A stretch of DNA of 64,000 nt from Laetmonice hystrix (GCA_965235115.1 OZ249438.1:37882001-37946000), one strand, 5' to 3'; numbered from the stretch's first letter, positions 1 through 12,925 are shown. The notes: generated from the sequence alone by a model not told the origin. Numbers and translations: made by a program.

Positions 1-15
1 CCGTTTATGTTTCAG

Positions 16-3000
16 ATCCTTGCGCAGTAAGTACGAGCGGTTGTGACTGCTCTCATTAGTAGGTCTAAATCTACGTCATAAAGAGTGTTTAAAAACAACC
101 ACGTGGACTGCAGAGCTACACATCTAGACTATAGACTGATGCATAGTTCTGCGTTCACCGCTTATTGAACATGGTGGTGGGGGAGTCGGGGGCACAACCA
201 TTTTAGGGCTATAATGTTAAGCCTACTTTGTTTGAGGGCCTATCGGGAGCACTTAACTCCCTAGGCGTCATCCTGCCATCTGTAGGCCTATCCGTGCCTG
301 CATGTAGCCAGACCTGATATTACAATTGACTTATGTTACATACACGTGCGTTTATCAGTTTATACTATTTAAGTTGTTGGTTTACGCGCAGTGAAATATT
401 TCCTGCTGTGCTATGACATTGTATTGTTTGTTTAGACCGTCAGGTGCTTCCAAGGGGCTGAGTGTAGGAGGAACGGAAACAGAGGGGAGTGTGTCGGTAA
501 GTTACTCGATCTTCTTGTAGCCAGTGCCAAGTCAAGTTCTGGCCTGGAGGCCATAGACCGATATGGGAAAAAGAAGAATGAAACCGTTTGGTTTCTTGAA
601 ATTGTACAAGATCCGTTAAGTAGGTCTAATTAACAATTGAGTGGACATAATCTAGAACTATTAAGCACTTTTACGATTTTTGTTTTAACCTGGTTAAGTA
701 TCTTATTCAAACGACTGATTATGGAACATCTCTATGTTGTTTTTCAGTGATTAGTAGCTGTGGGGTAAGTTTCGAATATTTAAAGCTAAATCTATGTCAT
801 ATTGATGTATTTTAAAGAACGTTAGTAAATGGAAACATACTTTGAGGCCATCAAGGTTATAATCGGTGTGAAAGATGGACACATTCTAGACTGCCACACA
901 TTAATTGACTCAATAATTCATAGTTTTTACATAGTTAATTTATTCTTGACCTGTTAAGGGACGTAATTGCCTTGTACACGAATCGCCGGGTCTGGCATAT
1001 AGTCAGGACTATGATTCTGTTTACAGAACCGTTGCGGTAATGGCCAGGAGTGTTTCCTAGTGGCTAGGTCATGTCCTTCAAGTTCTGGCTGTCAACAACG
1101 GCCAGAGTGTTTACAAGGTGAGAAAACTATTGAAATGTTACTTTGTGGATGGATTGAAATGTCATTGAATAATTTACGCGTGTGTATTTATGAGAAGTTA
1201 TTGTTTTTATAGATTTGTTGTAAAAATCAATGGCATTCTGTTTTTGTTACTTCTATAAGAGATACAAGACATGAGAAAGGTGGTATATTTTGTTATTGTT
1301 GAATGATTGGAAAAATAATGATCTGATATATTTGTTTTCAGAGAATAACCCTTGTTCAGTGAGTATACTCGTCAAGTTATGACATGAATTTCAAATGGAA
1401 TTAAATTATTAAAGACCTTGAATTTAGTCTTAATTGTACTCTAAGTATAGACATTCCCTTTACTGTTCCATGTGGCTTACCACTCATTTACCAAATAATC
1501 TCCAATGGGGGTGAAGTGAGAAGTTACAATTTCCCACGATCTAGTGCGGTTGAAGGCCTTGTTGATGGCGAATCATTCAGCCTGACAACCACAAGTTGTA
1601 AGAGTTGTGTGTGACATTCAACAGGTATGCTCTCGCGGTCAGCGGTGCGTCCAGGGACCACGAGCATGTCCTAGTGGAGGGTTTACCTGTCTGCCGAGGC
1701 AGATCACGTGTGTCATTGGTACAGTAGTTTTTATTTATCTCTAGGGGATCATCTTATGGAGCCATCAGGATGCTGTTCAAACACAAGGAAAAATGACACA
1801 TTTTGATTGTAAAAGATTTTGGTGGCGTAAATGCCTCCGACTGGAAACCATGGCAACCACTTTATCTCAAATGCTAGCATTTTTTCGTCCTGGTAGTAGA
1901 CTTGTAAAATATTTTTCCTGAGAGATAAGTTGCAACGCAGGTACCGGTACATAGACAACTCCCTTCTACATCTGTAACAACCAGGGTTCTGTGCAGGAAA
2001 CTGTACCCTGGCTCTCTGTGTCTGTGCAGTCTGCCTGTGTGACTGTAGGTGTGGGCGCTATGTGTACGCGAGGGCGGTCTTAAGGATGGTCATTATCTTC
2101 AGTTAACCAAAGTGTCAATTCAATATTGAATCGAGTAAATGTCAAAATCGGAAATTATCTTAATAGTGATAAGTTATTTTAGACTATGGGTGTCGATGCT
2201 TATCCAACATAACTAAGATATCTTTTTGAAATTTAATTTTAAAAAATGTAACTCCTGTTTCAGACTCCTGTCGGGTAAGTAAATATAAACAGTTTCTTCA
2301 CTCATTGGTAGATGGATTTTGTATTGAACATGTATTAAAGGTCTTGCACATAAATTGATGAAGTATTTTTTCGTTTGTTTTCAGTAAGTTTTATGGCCTA
2401 TACAATAGTGCCAATATTGATATGATTAATGGTCCTTGATTGGGGACACAAATTCTATTGAATGTTGCTGGAATTGTCTCAGTAATCTGAATCATTACTT
2501 GATTGGGAATCTGTAAGCACTGATTACGCAAGTGTATATTCCTGTTAGTGTTATACCGGTGTATAATGAAAATATTTTCCTACATTATACCACTATATAA
2601 TGAACATGTTTGCCGACATTATACAACTGTATAATGAACATATTTGCCTACATTATACCGCTGTATAATAAACATGTTTGCCTACATTGTATATTTTTGC
2701 CTACATTATACATTTGTACACTTTTATTGTACAATCTACATGTTCACCTCACCTTTCATAAAGAATGTCAACTGTGCTGCCAGCGAGTATTGTGACGGTG
2801 GAAGGTGCATAAGTAAGTGTTTTAACAGATATAACCTATGGACACAACAAAATCTAGTTCCTAGAACTGTTAGGCATAGGAGAACCTTCTAAATTGTAGT
2901 AAGGATCTGTGACTATATAAAGTCTCAAAACTAAGAGGTTTAGAACAAACTGGTGACGATACACAAAGATGATTGGTCTACTGTGTCCACTACAGTTTTA

Positions 3001-6000
3001 TATGTCAGAGGTAGTTGTAGTACTACCTGTTGACAGCTTTACAGGTTCCCCAGAGTGTAGATGAGGCGTAAATATACAGAGGGCGCACTGTCAGTGGATC
3101 TCATGTTGCCCATATTGTGATCGCCACCTGGTGGTGGGGGGGGGGGGGTAAGATTCTCAATAAACCTGATCAGTATTCACACTGGGTGCATTCGTATGGC
3201 TCTCAGTCAGCAACCTTTCCTATCTGACTTAACTTCTGGTTCCATTATGACCAGTTCAGCACCAATCCTTGGTCAGTCGTAAAGTAGGTCCCCACTGGTT
3301 TGCAAGGTTTGCCGCCGGGGAACCATACCAAAAATATGCTTTACACGCCCGCCACTGCATGGCGCTGCGATCGCAGTGCACCTTGTCTGTAGGCGCCCTG
3401 TATGAGGCCCTCTTTCATCGTTATCAACTCTAACGAAGTACTACCGTTTATGTTTCAGATCCGTGCGCAGTAAGTATGAGCGGTTGTGACTGCTCTCATT
3501 AGTAGGTCTATATCTACGTCATAAAGAGTATTTAAAAACAACCACGAGGACTGCAGAGCTACAATATCTGCCAAATTGTGCTTTCATGGCTTAGGCTACA
3601 TATCATACATGAGGGTGGGGGGTAGGGGGTCGGTGGTATCGTTTAGGGTAGTGTGGCTAGGGGCTCAACAATTTTGGGGCTATAATGTTAAGCCTACTTT
3701 GTTTGAGTGCCTATAGCGGGCACTTACCCCTTAGGCGTCCTCCTGTGTCTGTGCCTGCATGTAAGACGTTACATAGGCCTATCTGTACGTTTATAAGATT
3801 ATACTAGTTAAGTTATTGGGTTAGGCGCACTTAAATATTTCCTGCCGTGCCGTAACATTGACATATTTTATATTTAGGCCATCAGCTGCCGTACTGGAAC
3901 TCAGTGTAGGAGGAACGGTAACAGAGGGCAGTGTGTCGGTACGTTGCCTGGAGGCTCTACTTGATAAAAAGGAACCGTTTGAGTTCGTGGAAATGTACAA
4001 GATCCGTCAATTAATAAACAAATTAAGTGGAAATAATCTGGGACTATGAAGCACTTTTACGATTTTTGTTTTAACCTGGTTAAGTATAGTCTTAATCAAA
4101 CGACTGATTATGGAACATCTCTATGTGAGAATTATATGTTTTTTTTCAGAGATAGATAGGTGTGGGGTAAGTTTCGAATTTTAAAGCTAAATCTATTGCA
4201 TAATGATGTATTTTAAAGAACGCTAGTAAATTGAAAGACATTTTGATGCCATCAAGGTTATAATCCATGTAAAAGATGGACACATTCTAGACCGCCACAC
4301 AATAATTGACTCAATAATTCATAGTTTTTACATAGTTAGTTTATTCTTGACCTGTTAAGGGACGTAATTGCCTTGTACACGAATCGCCGGGTCTGGTATA
4401 TAGTTAGGACTATGATTGTGTTTACAGAACCGTTGCGGTAATGGCCAGGAGTGTTTCCTAGTGGCTAGGTCATGTCCTTCAAGTTCTGGGTGTCAACAAC
4501 GGCCAGAGTGTTTACAAGGTGAGAAAACTATTGAATTATTACTTTGTGGATAGATTGAAATGTCACTGAATAATTTACGCGTGTGTATTTATGAGAAGTT
4601 ATTGTTTTTATAGATTTGTTCTAAAAATCAATGGCATTCTGTTTTTATTACTTCTATAAGAGATACAAGACATGAGAAAGGTGGTATAATTTGTTATTGT
4701 TGAATAATTGGAAAAATAATGATCTGATATATTTGTTTTCAGAGGATGACCCTTGTTCAGTGAGTATACTCGTCAAGTGTGACATGAATTTCAAATGGAG
4801 CTAAATTATTAAAGACCTTGAATTTAGTCTTAATTGTACTCTAAGTAGAGAGATTTCCTTTACTGTTCCATGTGGCTTACCACTCATTTACCAAATAATC
4901 TCCAATGGGGGTGAAGTGAGAAGTTACAATTTCCCACTATCTAGTGCGGTTGAAGGCCTTGTTGATGGCGAATCATTCAGCCTGACAGCCACAAGTTGTA
5001 AGAGTTGTGTTTGACCCTCAACAGGTATGCTCTCGCGGTCAGCGGTGCGTCCAGATACCTCAAGTGTGTAGCAGTGGAGCGATCATCTTGAGCTGTGTGC
5101 CAAGACGGATCACGTGTGTCATTGGTACGTACTCTTTATTTATCTCTAGGGGTTCATCTGATGGAGCCATCAGGATATCGTTCAAACACAAGGGGAAATG
5201 ATATATTTTGATTGTAAAAGATTCTGATGACGTAAATGCCTCCGACTCGAACCATGGCAACCGCTCTATCCGAAATGCTAGCATTCTTCCGTCCTAGTAG
5301 ACTTGTAAAATATCTTTCCTGAGAGATACGTTGCAACCCAGGTACATAGACAACTCCCTTCTACATCTGTAAAAACCAGGGTTCTGTACAGGAAACTGTA
5401 CCCTGGCTCTCTGTGTCTGTGCAGTCTGCCTGCAAGTGTATGACTAGCAACCCAACCCAGATAGCACACAGGCTGTCACAGCCGATGGCCCACTGTTGGG
5501 TCACCCATCTAAGCAGTGGCAGCCGTTGGTGGCCCACTGGTGGCGTGACCAGCTGGTAGCTGTTGGCCCCCCGGTGTATATCTAGCCACCGATGGGCCAA
5601 CGTTGGCCCGCTGAAGACAAGATAGCACATAGCTGATAGCCCACTGTTGGGCCACCCATCAAAGCACGAGTGGCCCGCTGTCGGCAGCCGCTGGTGGCCC
5701 ACTAGTGGCGTGACCAGCTGGTAGCCGTTGGGCTATCTACTCCCGGTGGGCCAACGGCTACCAGCTGGTCACGCCACTAGTGGGCCACTAGCGGCTGCCG
5801 ACAGTGGCCCATCGGCTGTGTGCTATCTGGAAAAGTGTCAATTCAATATTGAATCAAGTAAATATGAAAATCGGAAATTATCTTAATAGTGATAAGTTAT
5901 TTTAGACTATGGATGCCGATGCTTATCCAACATAACTAAGATATCTTTTTAAAATTTAATTTAAAAAAATGTAACTCCTGTTTCAGACTCCTGTCGGGTA

Positions 6001-9000
6001 AGTAAATATAAACAGTTTCTTCCCTCATTGGTAGATGGATTTTGTATTGAACATGTATTAAAGGTCTTGCACATAAATTGATGTAGTATTTTTTAGTTTG
6101 TTTTCAGTAAGTTTTATGGCCTATACAATAGTGCCAATATCGATATGATTAATGGTCCTTGATTGGGAACACAAATTCTATTGAATGTTGCTGGAAGTGT
6201 CTCAGTAATGTGAATCATTACTTGATTGGGAATCTGTAAGCACCGATTACGGAAGTGTATATTCCTGTTGGTGTTATACCACTGTATAATGAACATATGT
6301 TCCTACATTACACCGCTGTATAATGAACATGTTTGCCTGCATTATACATTTTTATTTTATAATCTACATGTTCACCTCATCTTTCATAAAGAATGTCAAC
6401 TGTGCTGCCAGCGAGTATTGTGACGGTGGAAGGTGCATAAGTAGGTGTTTTAACAGATATAACCTATGGACACAACAAAATCTAGTTTCTAGAACGGTTA
6501 GGCATAGAAGAACCTTCTAAAGTGTAGTAAGGATCTCTGGCTATATAAAGTCTCAAAACTAAGAGGTTTAGAACAAACTGGTTACGATACACAAAGATGA
6601 TTGGTCTACCGTGTCCACTACAGTTTTATATGTCAGAGGTAGTTGTAGTACTACCTGTTGACAGCTTTACAGGTTCCCCAGAGTGTAGATAAGGCGTAAA
6701 TATACAGAGGGCGCACTGTCAGTGGATCTCATGTTGCCCATATTGTGATCGCCACCTGGTGGTGGGGGGGGGGGGTAAGATTCTCAATAAACCTGATCAG
6801 TATTCACACTGGGTGCATTCGTATGGCTCTCAGTCAGCAACCTTTCCTACCTGACCTGACTTGTGGTTCCATTATGACCAGTTCAGCACCAATCCTTGGT
6901 CAGTCGTAAAGTAGGTCACCGCTGGTTTGCAAGGTTTGCCGCCGGGGAACCATACCAATAAAAACATGCTTTACACGCCCGCCACTGCATGGCGCTGCGA
7001 TCGCAGTGCACCCTGTCTGTAGGCGCCCTGTATGAGGCCCTCTTTCATCATTATCAACTCTAACGAAGTACTACCGTTTATGTTTCAGATCCGTGCGCAG
7101 TAAGTACGAACGATTGTGACTGCTCTCGTTAGTAGAGGTCTAAATCTACATCATAAAGAGTGTTTAAAAACAACCACGAGGACTGCAGAGCTACAATATC
7201 TGCCAAATTGTGCTTTCATGGCTTAGGCTACATATCATACATGAGGGTGGGGGGTAGGGGGTCAGTGGTATCGTTTAGAGTAGTGTGGCTAGGGGCTCAA
7301 CAATTTTGGGGCTATAATGTTAAGCCTACTTTGTTTGCGTGCACTCACCCCCTTAGGCGTCCTCCTGTATCTATGCCTGCATGTAAGACGTTACATAGGA
7401 TTATCTGTACGTTTATGAGTTTATAAGTTATTGGGTTAGGCGAACTTTCCTGCCGTGCCGTAACATTGACATATTTTATGTTTAGAGCATCAGCTGCCGT
7501 ACTGGAACTCAGTGTAGGAGGAACGGTAACAGAGGGCAGTGTGTCGGTACGTTGTCTGGAGGCTCTACTTGATAAAAAGAACCGTTTGAGTTCGTGGAAA
7601 TGTACAAGATCCGTCAATTAGTAAACAAATTAAGTGGACATAATCTAGAACTATGAAGCACGTTTACGATTTTTGTTTTAACCTGGTTAAGTATAGTCTT
7701 ATTCAAACGACTGATTATGGAACATCTCTATGTGAGAATTATATGGTTTTTTTCAGAGATAGATAGGTGTGGGGTAAGTTTCAAATATTTAAAGCTAAAT
7801 CTATGGCATAATGATGTATTTTAAAGAACGCTAGTAAATTGAAAGACATTTTGATGCCATCAAGGTTATAATCGGTGTAAAAGATGGACACATTCTAGAC
7901 TGCCACACATTAATTGACTCAATAATTCATAGTTTTTACATAGTTAGTTTATTCTCGACCTGTTAAGGGACGTAATCGCCTTATACACGAATCGCCGGGT
8001 CTGGTATATAGTTAGGACTATGATTGCGTTTACAGAACCGTTGCGGTAATGGCCAGGAGTGTTTCCTAGTGGCTAGGTCATGTCCTTCAAGTTCTGGGTG
8101 TCAACAACGGCCAGAGTGTTTACAAGGTGTGAAAACTATTGAATTATCACTTTGTGGATGGATTGAAATGTCACTGAATAATTTACGCGTGTGTATTTAT
8201 AAGAAGTTATTGTTTTTATAGATTTGTTGTAAAAATCAATGGCATTCTGTTTTTGTTACTTCTATAAGAGATACAAGACATGAGAAAGGTGGTATATTTT
8301 GTTATTGTTGAATAATTGGAAAAATAATGATCTGATATATTTGTTTTCAGAGAATAACCCTTGTTCAGTGAGTATACTCGTCAAGTTATGACATGAATTT
8401 CAAATGGAATTAAATTATTAAAGACCTTGAATTTAGTCGTAATTGTACTCTAAGTATAGACATTCCCTTTACTGTTCCATGTGGCTTACCACTCATTTAC
8501 CAAATAATCTCCAATGGGGGTGAAGTGAGAAGTTACAATTTCCCACTATCTAGTGCGGTTGAAGGCCTTGTTGATGGCGAATCATTCAGCCTGACAACCA
8601 CAAGTTGTAAGAGTTGTGTGTGACATTCAACAGGTATGCTCTCGCGGTCAGCAATGCATCCAGAGACCACGAGCATGTCCTAGTGGAGGGTTTACCTGTC
8701 TGCCGAGGCAGATCACGTGTGTCATTGGTACCGTAGTCTTTATTTATCTCTAGGGGATCATCTTATGGAGCCGTCAGGATACCGTTCAAACACAAGGAAA
8801 AACGACACATTTTGATTGTAAAATATTCTGATGGGGTACATGCCTCCGACTGGAAACCATGGCAACCGCTTTATCTGAAATGCTAGCATTTTTTCGTCCT
8901 GGCAGTAGACTTGTAAAATATCTTTCCTGGGAGATAAGTTGCAACCCAGGTACATAGACAACTCCCTACATCTGTAACAACCAGGGTTCTGTACAGGAAA

Positions 9001-12000
9001 CTGTACCCTAGCTCCCGACATCTGTAACAACCAGGGTTCTGTGCAGTAAACTGTACCCTAGCTCCCTACATCTGTTACAACCCGGGTTCTGTGCAGGAAA
9101 CTGTACCCAAGCTCCCTACATCTGTAACAACCCGGGTTCTGTGCAGGAAACTGTACCCTAGCTCCCTACATCTGTAACAACCCGGGTTCTGTGCAGGAAA
9201 CTGTACCCTAGCTCCCTACATCTGTAACAACCCGGGTTCTGTGCAGGAAACTGTACCCTAGCTCCCTACATCTGTAACAACCCGGGTTCTGTGCAGGAAA
9301 CTGTACCCTGGCTCTCTGTGTCTGTGCAGTCTGTCTGAGAGTGTATGACTGTAGGTGTGGGCGCTATGTGTACGTGAGGGCGGTCTTAAGGATGGTGATA
9401 TACACGATCTTCAGTTAACCAAATTCAATATTGAATCAAGTAAATCTCAAAATCGGAAATTATCTTAATAGTTATTTTAGACTATGGGAGCCGATGCTTA
9501 TCCAACATAACTATCTTTTTGAAATTTAATTTAAAAAAAATGTAACTCCTGTTTCAGACCCCTGTCGGGTAAGTAAATATAAACAGTTTCTTCACTCATT
9601 GGTAGATGGATTTTGTATTGAACATGTATTAAAGGTCTTGCACATAAATTGATGTAGTATTTTTTCGTTTGTTTTCAGTATGTTTTATGGCCTATACAAT
9701 TGTGCCAACATCGATATGATTAATTAATGGTCCTTGATTGAGAACACAAATTCTATTGAATCTTGCTGGAATTGTCTCAGTAATCTGAATCATTACTTGA
9801 TTGGGAATCTGTAAGCACTGATTACGCAAGTGTATATTCCTGTTAGTGTTATACCACTGTTTAATGAACATGTTTGCCTACATTATACCACTGTATAATG
9901 AACATGTTTGCCTACATTATACCGTTGTATAATGAACATATTTGCCTACATTATACCACTATATAATGAACATGTTTGCCTACATTATACCACTTTTTTG
10001 TATAATCTACATGTTCACCTCATTTTTCATAAAGGATGTCAACTGTGATGCCAGCGAGTATTGTGATGGAGGAAGGTGCATAAGTAAGTGTTTTAACAGA
10101 TATAAGCTATGGACACAACAAAATCTAGTTTCTGGAACTGATAGGCGAAGCAGAACCTTCTGTGGCCATTTGTATTAAGGATGTGTGGCTAAAGTCTCAA
10201 AACCGTCAAGCCAACATTGAGGTTTAGCTCCAACTGGTCGTGACTACAATAGAGAGTTTTATGATAAAGCCCTTCACATGTTTCTCATCAATCGTTATGT
10301 CAGGTGGTTGTAGTGCTGCCTGTTGACAAGTTCACAAGTTGACCAGAGTGTAGGTCCATAGCCTATCGGCAGCGCACTCTCAGAGAATCCTGTGTTGCCC
10401 AGGTTGCGATTGCAGCGCCACGTGGTGGGCAAGATTCTCAATAGACCCAATCGGTATTTTCACACTGGGTGCATTCGTACGGCTCTCAGATAGCAAGTTT
10501 CTGCAGGATAATTTGTTTGTTACAAAATTTCCTGGGGGAACTCGACTTATGATATTCCCCGCGGGAACTGACCTGATGTGCCCACCGCCACACCACGCGA
10601 TATTCCTGCGTATGGTGGCTTTTTTTGGGGGGGGGGGGATCCGTAGGGCCTCCATTTGGAACGCTAAAAACGCTAGGGGGCCTATAATTCTCGCCTGCAG
10701 ATACGAATTCAGAGGGATAATAGCCCTAGATAGAGAATAGACATGAATGACAACATTGCTTATTTTTCTTCAGTTAAAAGTGTTGAAGCTGATGGCGGGG
10801 GCCTACAGCGTAATTTTGAAAGAGAGTTCGTCCAAAAGCCTGAAACGGGGGGCTTTGTTTTATTTCACACCTGCATGCTTTACACGCCCGCCACTGCATG
10901 GCGCTGCGATCGCAGGGCACCCTGTCTGTAGACGCCCTGTATGGGGTTCTCTTTCATCATTATCAACTCTAATGAAGTACTACCGTTTATGTTTCAGATC
11001 CGTGCGCAGTAAGTACGAGTGGTTGGACTTCTGTCGTTAGTAGGTCTAAATCTACGTAATAAAAAGTGTTTAAAAACAACGGCGCGCGGACTGCAGAGGT
11101 AAAATCTGCGCCAAATTCTGAGTTCATGGCTTACGTACCGCACCATACATGAGGGGGCGGCGGGGGCGGAGGTCCTTTAGGGTAGTGTAGGGGTCACAAT
11201 CATTTTGGCGCTATATGTTAAGCCTATTTTGTTTAAGGGCCTATAGGGAGCACCTGCCCCCCTATGCGTACCTCCTGTATCGGTGCCTGTATGTACGATA
11301 GATGCCTACTATTTAGTATGTTATTGTTTTAGGCGCGCTTAAATTCATGTACATGTATTTCCTGCAGTGACATTGAAATATTGTATGTTTAGACCATTCT
11401 CTGCCGCGCTGGAACTCGGTGTATAAGGAACGGTAACAGAGGGTTGTGTGTCGGTACGTTACTCCATCTTCTAATAGAAAGAAGTTCTGGTCTGGAGGCT
11501 ATATAGTTGAAGAAAAGAAGAAGTTTGGTTTCGTGAAATTGTACAAGATCCGTCAATTAATAAAGAATTAAGTAGAAAATAATCTAGATCTATGAGGCAG
11601 CTTGAAGGTTTTTGTTTTAACCTGGTCAAGTATAGTTTTCTTCAATCGACTGATTATGGACCATCTCTATCCCAGAATTATGTTTGGCAGTGGTAGCTGC
11701 AGGGTAGGTTTTGAGTTGTTAGACGTACAGAGTAGCCAAAGTCGAAATACCTAGGAACAAGAAGACATGGGGAGGGGCTTTCCTCATCACACAACTAAGC
11801 CAACTGCTTACTTTTAAGCTGTCGGAGGGACGACGCTCACGTGCCCGGATGGTAGTGACGGTTTTGGGGACTGTGTTATCGGAAGCTCTCGGAGTGGATG
11901 CGGAGGAAACCAAGCGTGTCTCCGAAAGAGCACCGCTCCGGCGAGCGATAGGTTTCAGGGTCGGTGCTGCAGCAACGGTAAGTTTTCCTCATCCTAATCT

Positions 12001-12333
12001 AGTTTCCCATGGAAACCTGGAGTTTCTAGTTAACCTGAATTGTCCGAATGGAGTAACTATTTCATCAGGCACGTGCGGGTCTGACTGGCTCACGTGGACC
12101 CGTTTGAACCAGTCTGGATCCCCGCCTGATAGGCCCCTATACCTAATAATTCTGTCTGTGTGGCTACTAGATCTAGATCTCGGTGTTCTTTTACCTTTAT
12201 TGCAGACCTCTGCAACATGGGCCGTCAGTCTTGTTCACCTGGGCCACTGTGTGGGTCGACTCGCAGATTCTGCTACCTTCAACCAGTTCGGCGGGGGCAG
12301 GAACTTTTCTACGGCTGTTGTGTCAGGCCATAA
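16..12333 (+). CDS. Cys-rich repeat protein (FOLN-like 4-Cys and 6-Cys repeats plus two C-terminal WR1/lustrin-like domains); micro-exon gene, 5' end outside the window
   Basis: Hand-spliced AG/GT exons with consistent phase. Copy 1: 16-26, 436-496, 748-764, 1027-1117, 1342-1358, 1625-1718, 2264-2274, 2764-2812. Copy 2: 3459-3469, 3878-3938, 4150-4166, 4428-4518, 4743-4759, 5025-5124, 5987-5997, 6392-6440. Copy 3: 7089-7099, 7486-7546, 7757-7773, 8036-8126, 8351-8367, 8634-8727, 9558-9568, 10035-10083. Then 10998-11008, 11393-11453, 11819-11977 and 12206-12333 (TAA). One stop-free frame of ~472 aa. Copy 1 unit: NPCA-TVRCFQGAECRRNGNRGECV-VISSCG-NRCGNGQECFLVARSCPSSSGCQQRPECLQ-ENNPCS-VCSRGQRCVQGPRACPSGGFTCLPRQITCVI-DSCR-NVNCAASEYCDGGRCI. 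Domain names are by eye from Cys spacing, not from an HMM search. Confidence 0.85.
5457..5830. mobile_element. Non-autonomous TIR element (MITE-like) inserted in cassette copy 2
   Basis: Perfect 15-bp TIR CCAGATAGCACACAG (5457-5471) / CTGTGTGCTATCTGG (5816-5830). Internal 54-bp inverted repeat (5678-5731 vs 5751-5804, 1 mismatch). Absent from copies 1 and 3, and replaces ~60 bp of intron. No TSD visible. Confidence 0.75.
8958..9310. repeat. 50-bp minisatellite, ~7 copies
   Basis: Unit TCTGTAACAACCCGGGTTCTGTGCAGGAAACTGTACCCTAGCTCCCTACA; single-copy at ~1970 and ~5365 in the other cassettes. Confidence 0.9.
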
Positions 12334-12499
12334 TATACGGACTGGATTCAGGGGCATGAGAAGGTCTCTGTGACGTTTACATATTATCTGTCATAAAAGA
12401 GTCGTGTCCAGGCTTCAGGGACGTGTCTTGGTGGCGGTGCGGGGTCGTGGCGAATATTGCACCATAATATTTTATACATTCAAAGCGTGTCAAAGCAGG

Positions 12500-12925
12500 C
12501 CTATATATCAACCAATCTGAGCAATCGTAACATGATTTCATATCAGCCAATCTGAGCAATCGTAACATGATTTTATATCAGCCAATCTGAGCAATCGTAA
12601 CATGATTTTATATCAGCCAATCTGAGCAATCGTAACATGATTTTATATCAGCCAATCTGAGCAATCGTAACATGATTTTATATCAGCCAATCTGAGCAAT
12701 CGTAACATGATTTTATATCAGCCAATCGGAGCAATCGTAACATGATTTTATATCAGCCAATCTGGGCAATCGTAACATCATTTTATATCAGCCAATCGGA
12801 GTAATCTTAATATGATTTTATATCAGCCAATCGGAGCAATCGTAACATCATTTTATATCAGCCAATCGGAGCAATCGTAACATGATTTTATATTAGCCAA
12901 TCGGAGTAATCTTAATATGATTTCA
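12500..12925. repeat. 35-bp minisatellite, ~12 copies, CCAAT-containing
   Basis: Unit ATATCAGCCAATCTGAGCAATCGTAACATGATTTT. Confidence 0.92.

Larger units (their letters stand above)
1..11700 (+). repeat. Tandem segmental duplication of an 8-exon cassette (copies at ~1-3443, ~3444-7073, ~7074-10982, partial ~10983-11700)
   Basis: The same intron and exon landmarks recur. TGTTTCAG-ATCC(T/G)TGCGCA-GTAAGT gives exon starts at 16, 3459, 7089 and 10998, and intron text is near-identical between copies 1-3. Confidence 0.95.

Noticed and set aside
11849-12373. 174-aa plus-strand ORF as a stand-alone gene or retroelement ORF
   Set aside because: No recognisable motifs; it overlaps, in another frame, two splice-bounded Cys-rich exons of the upstream gene.
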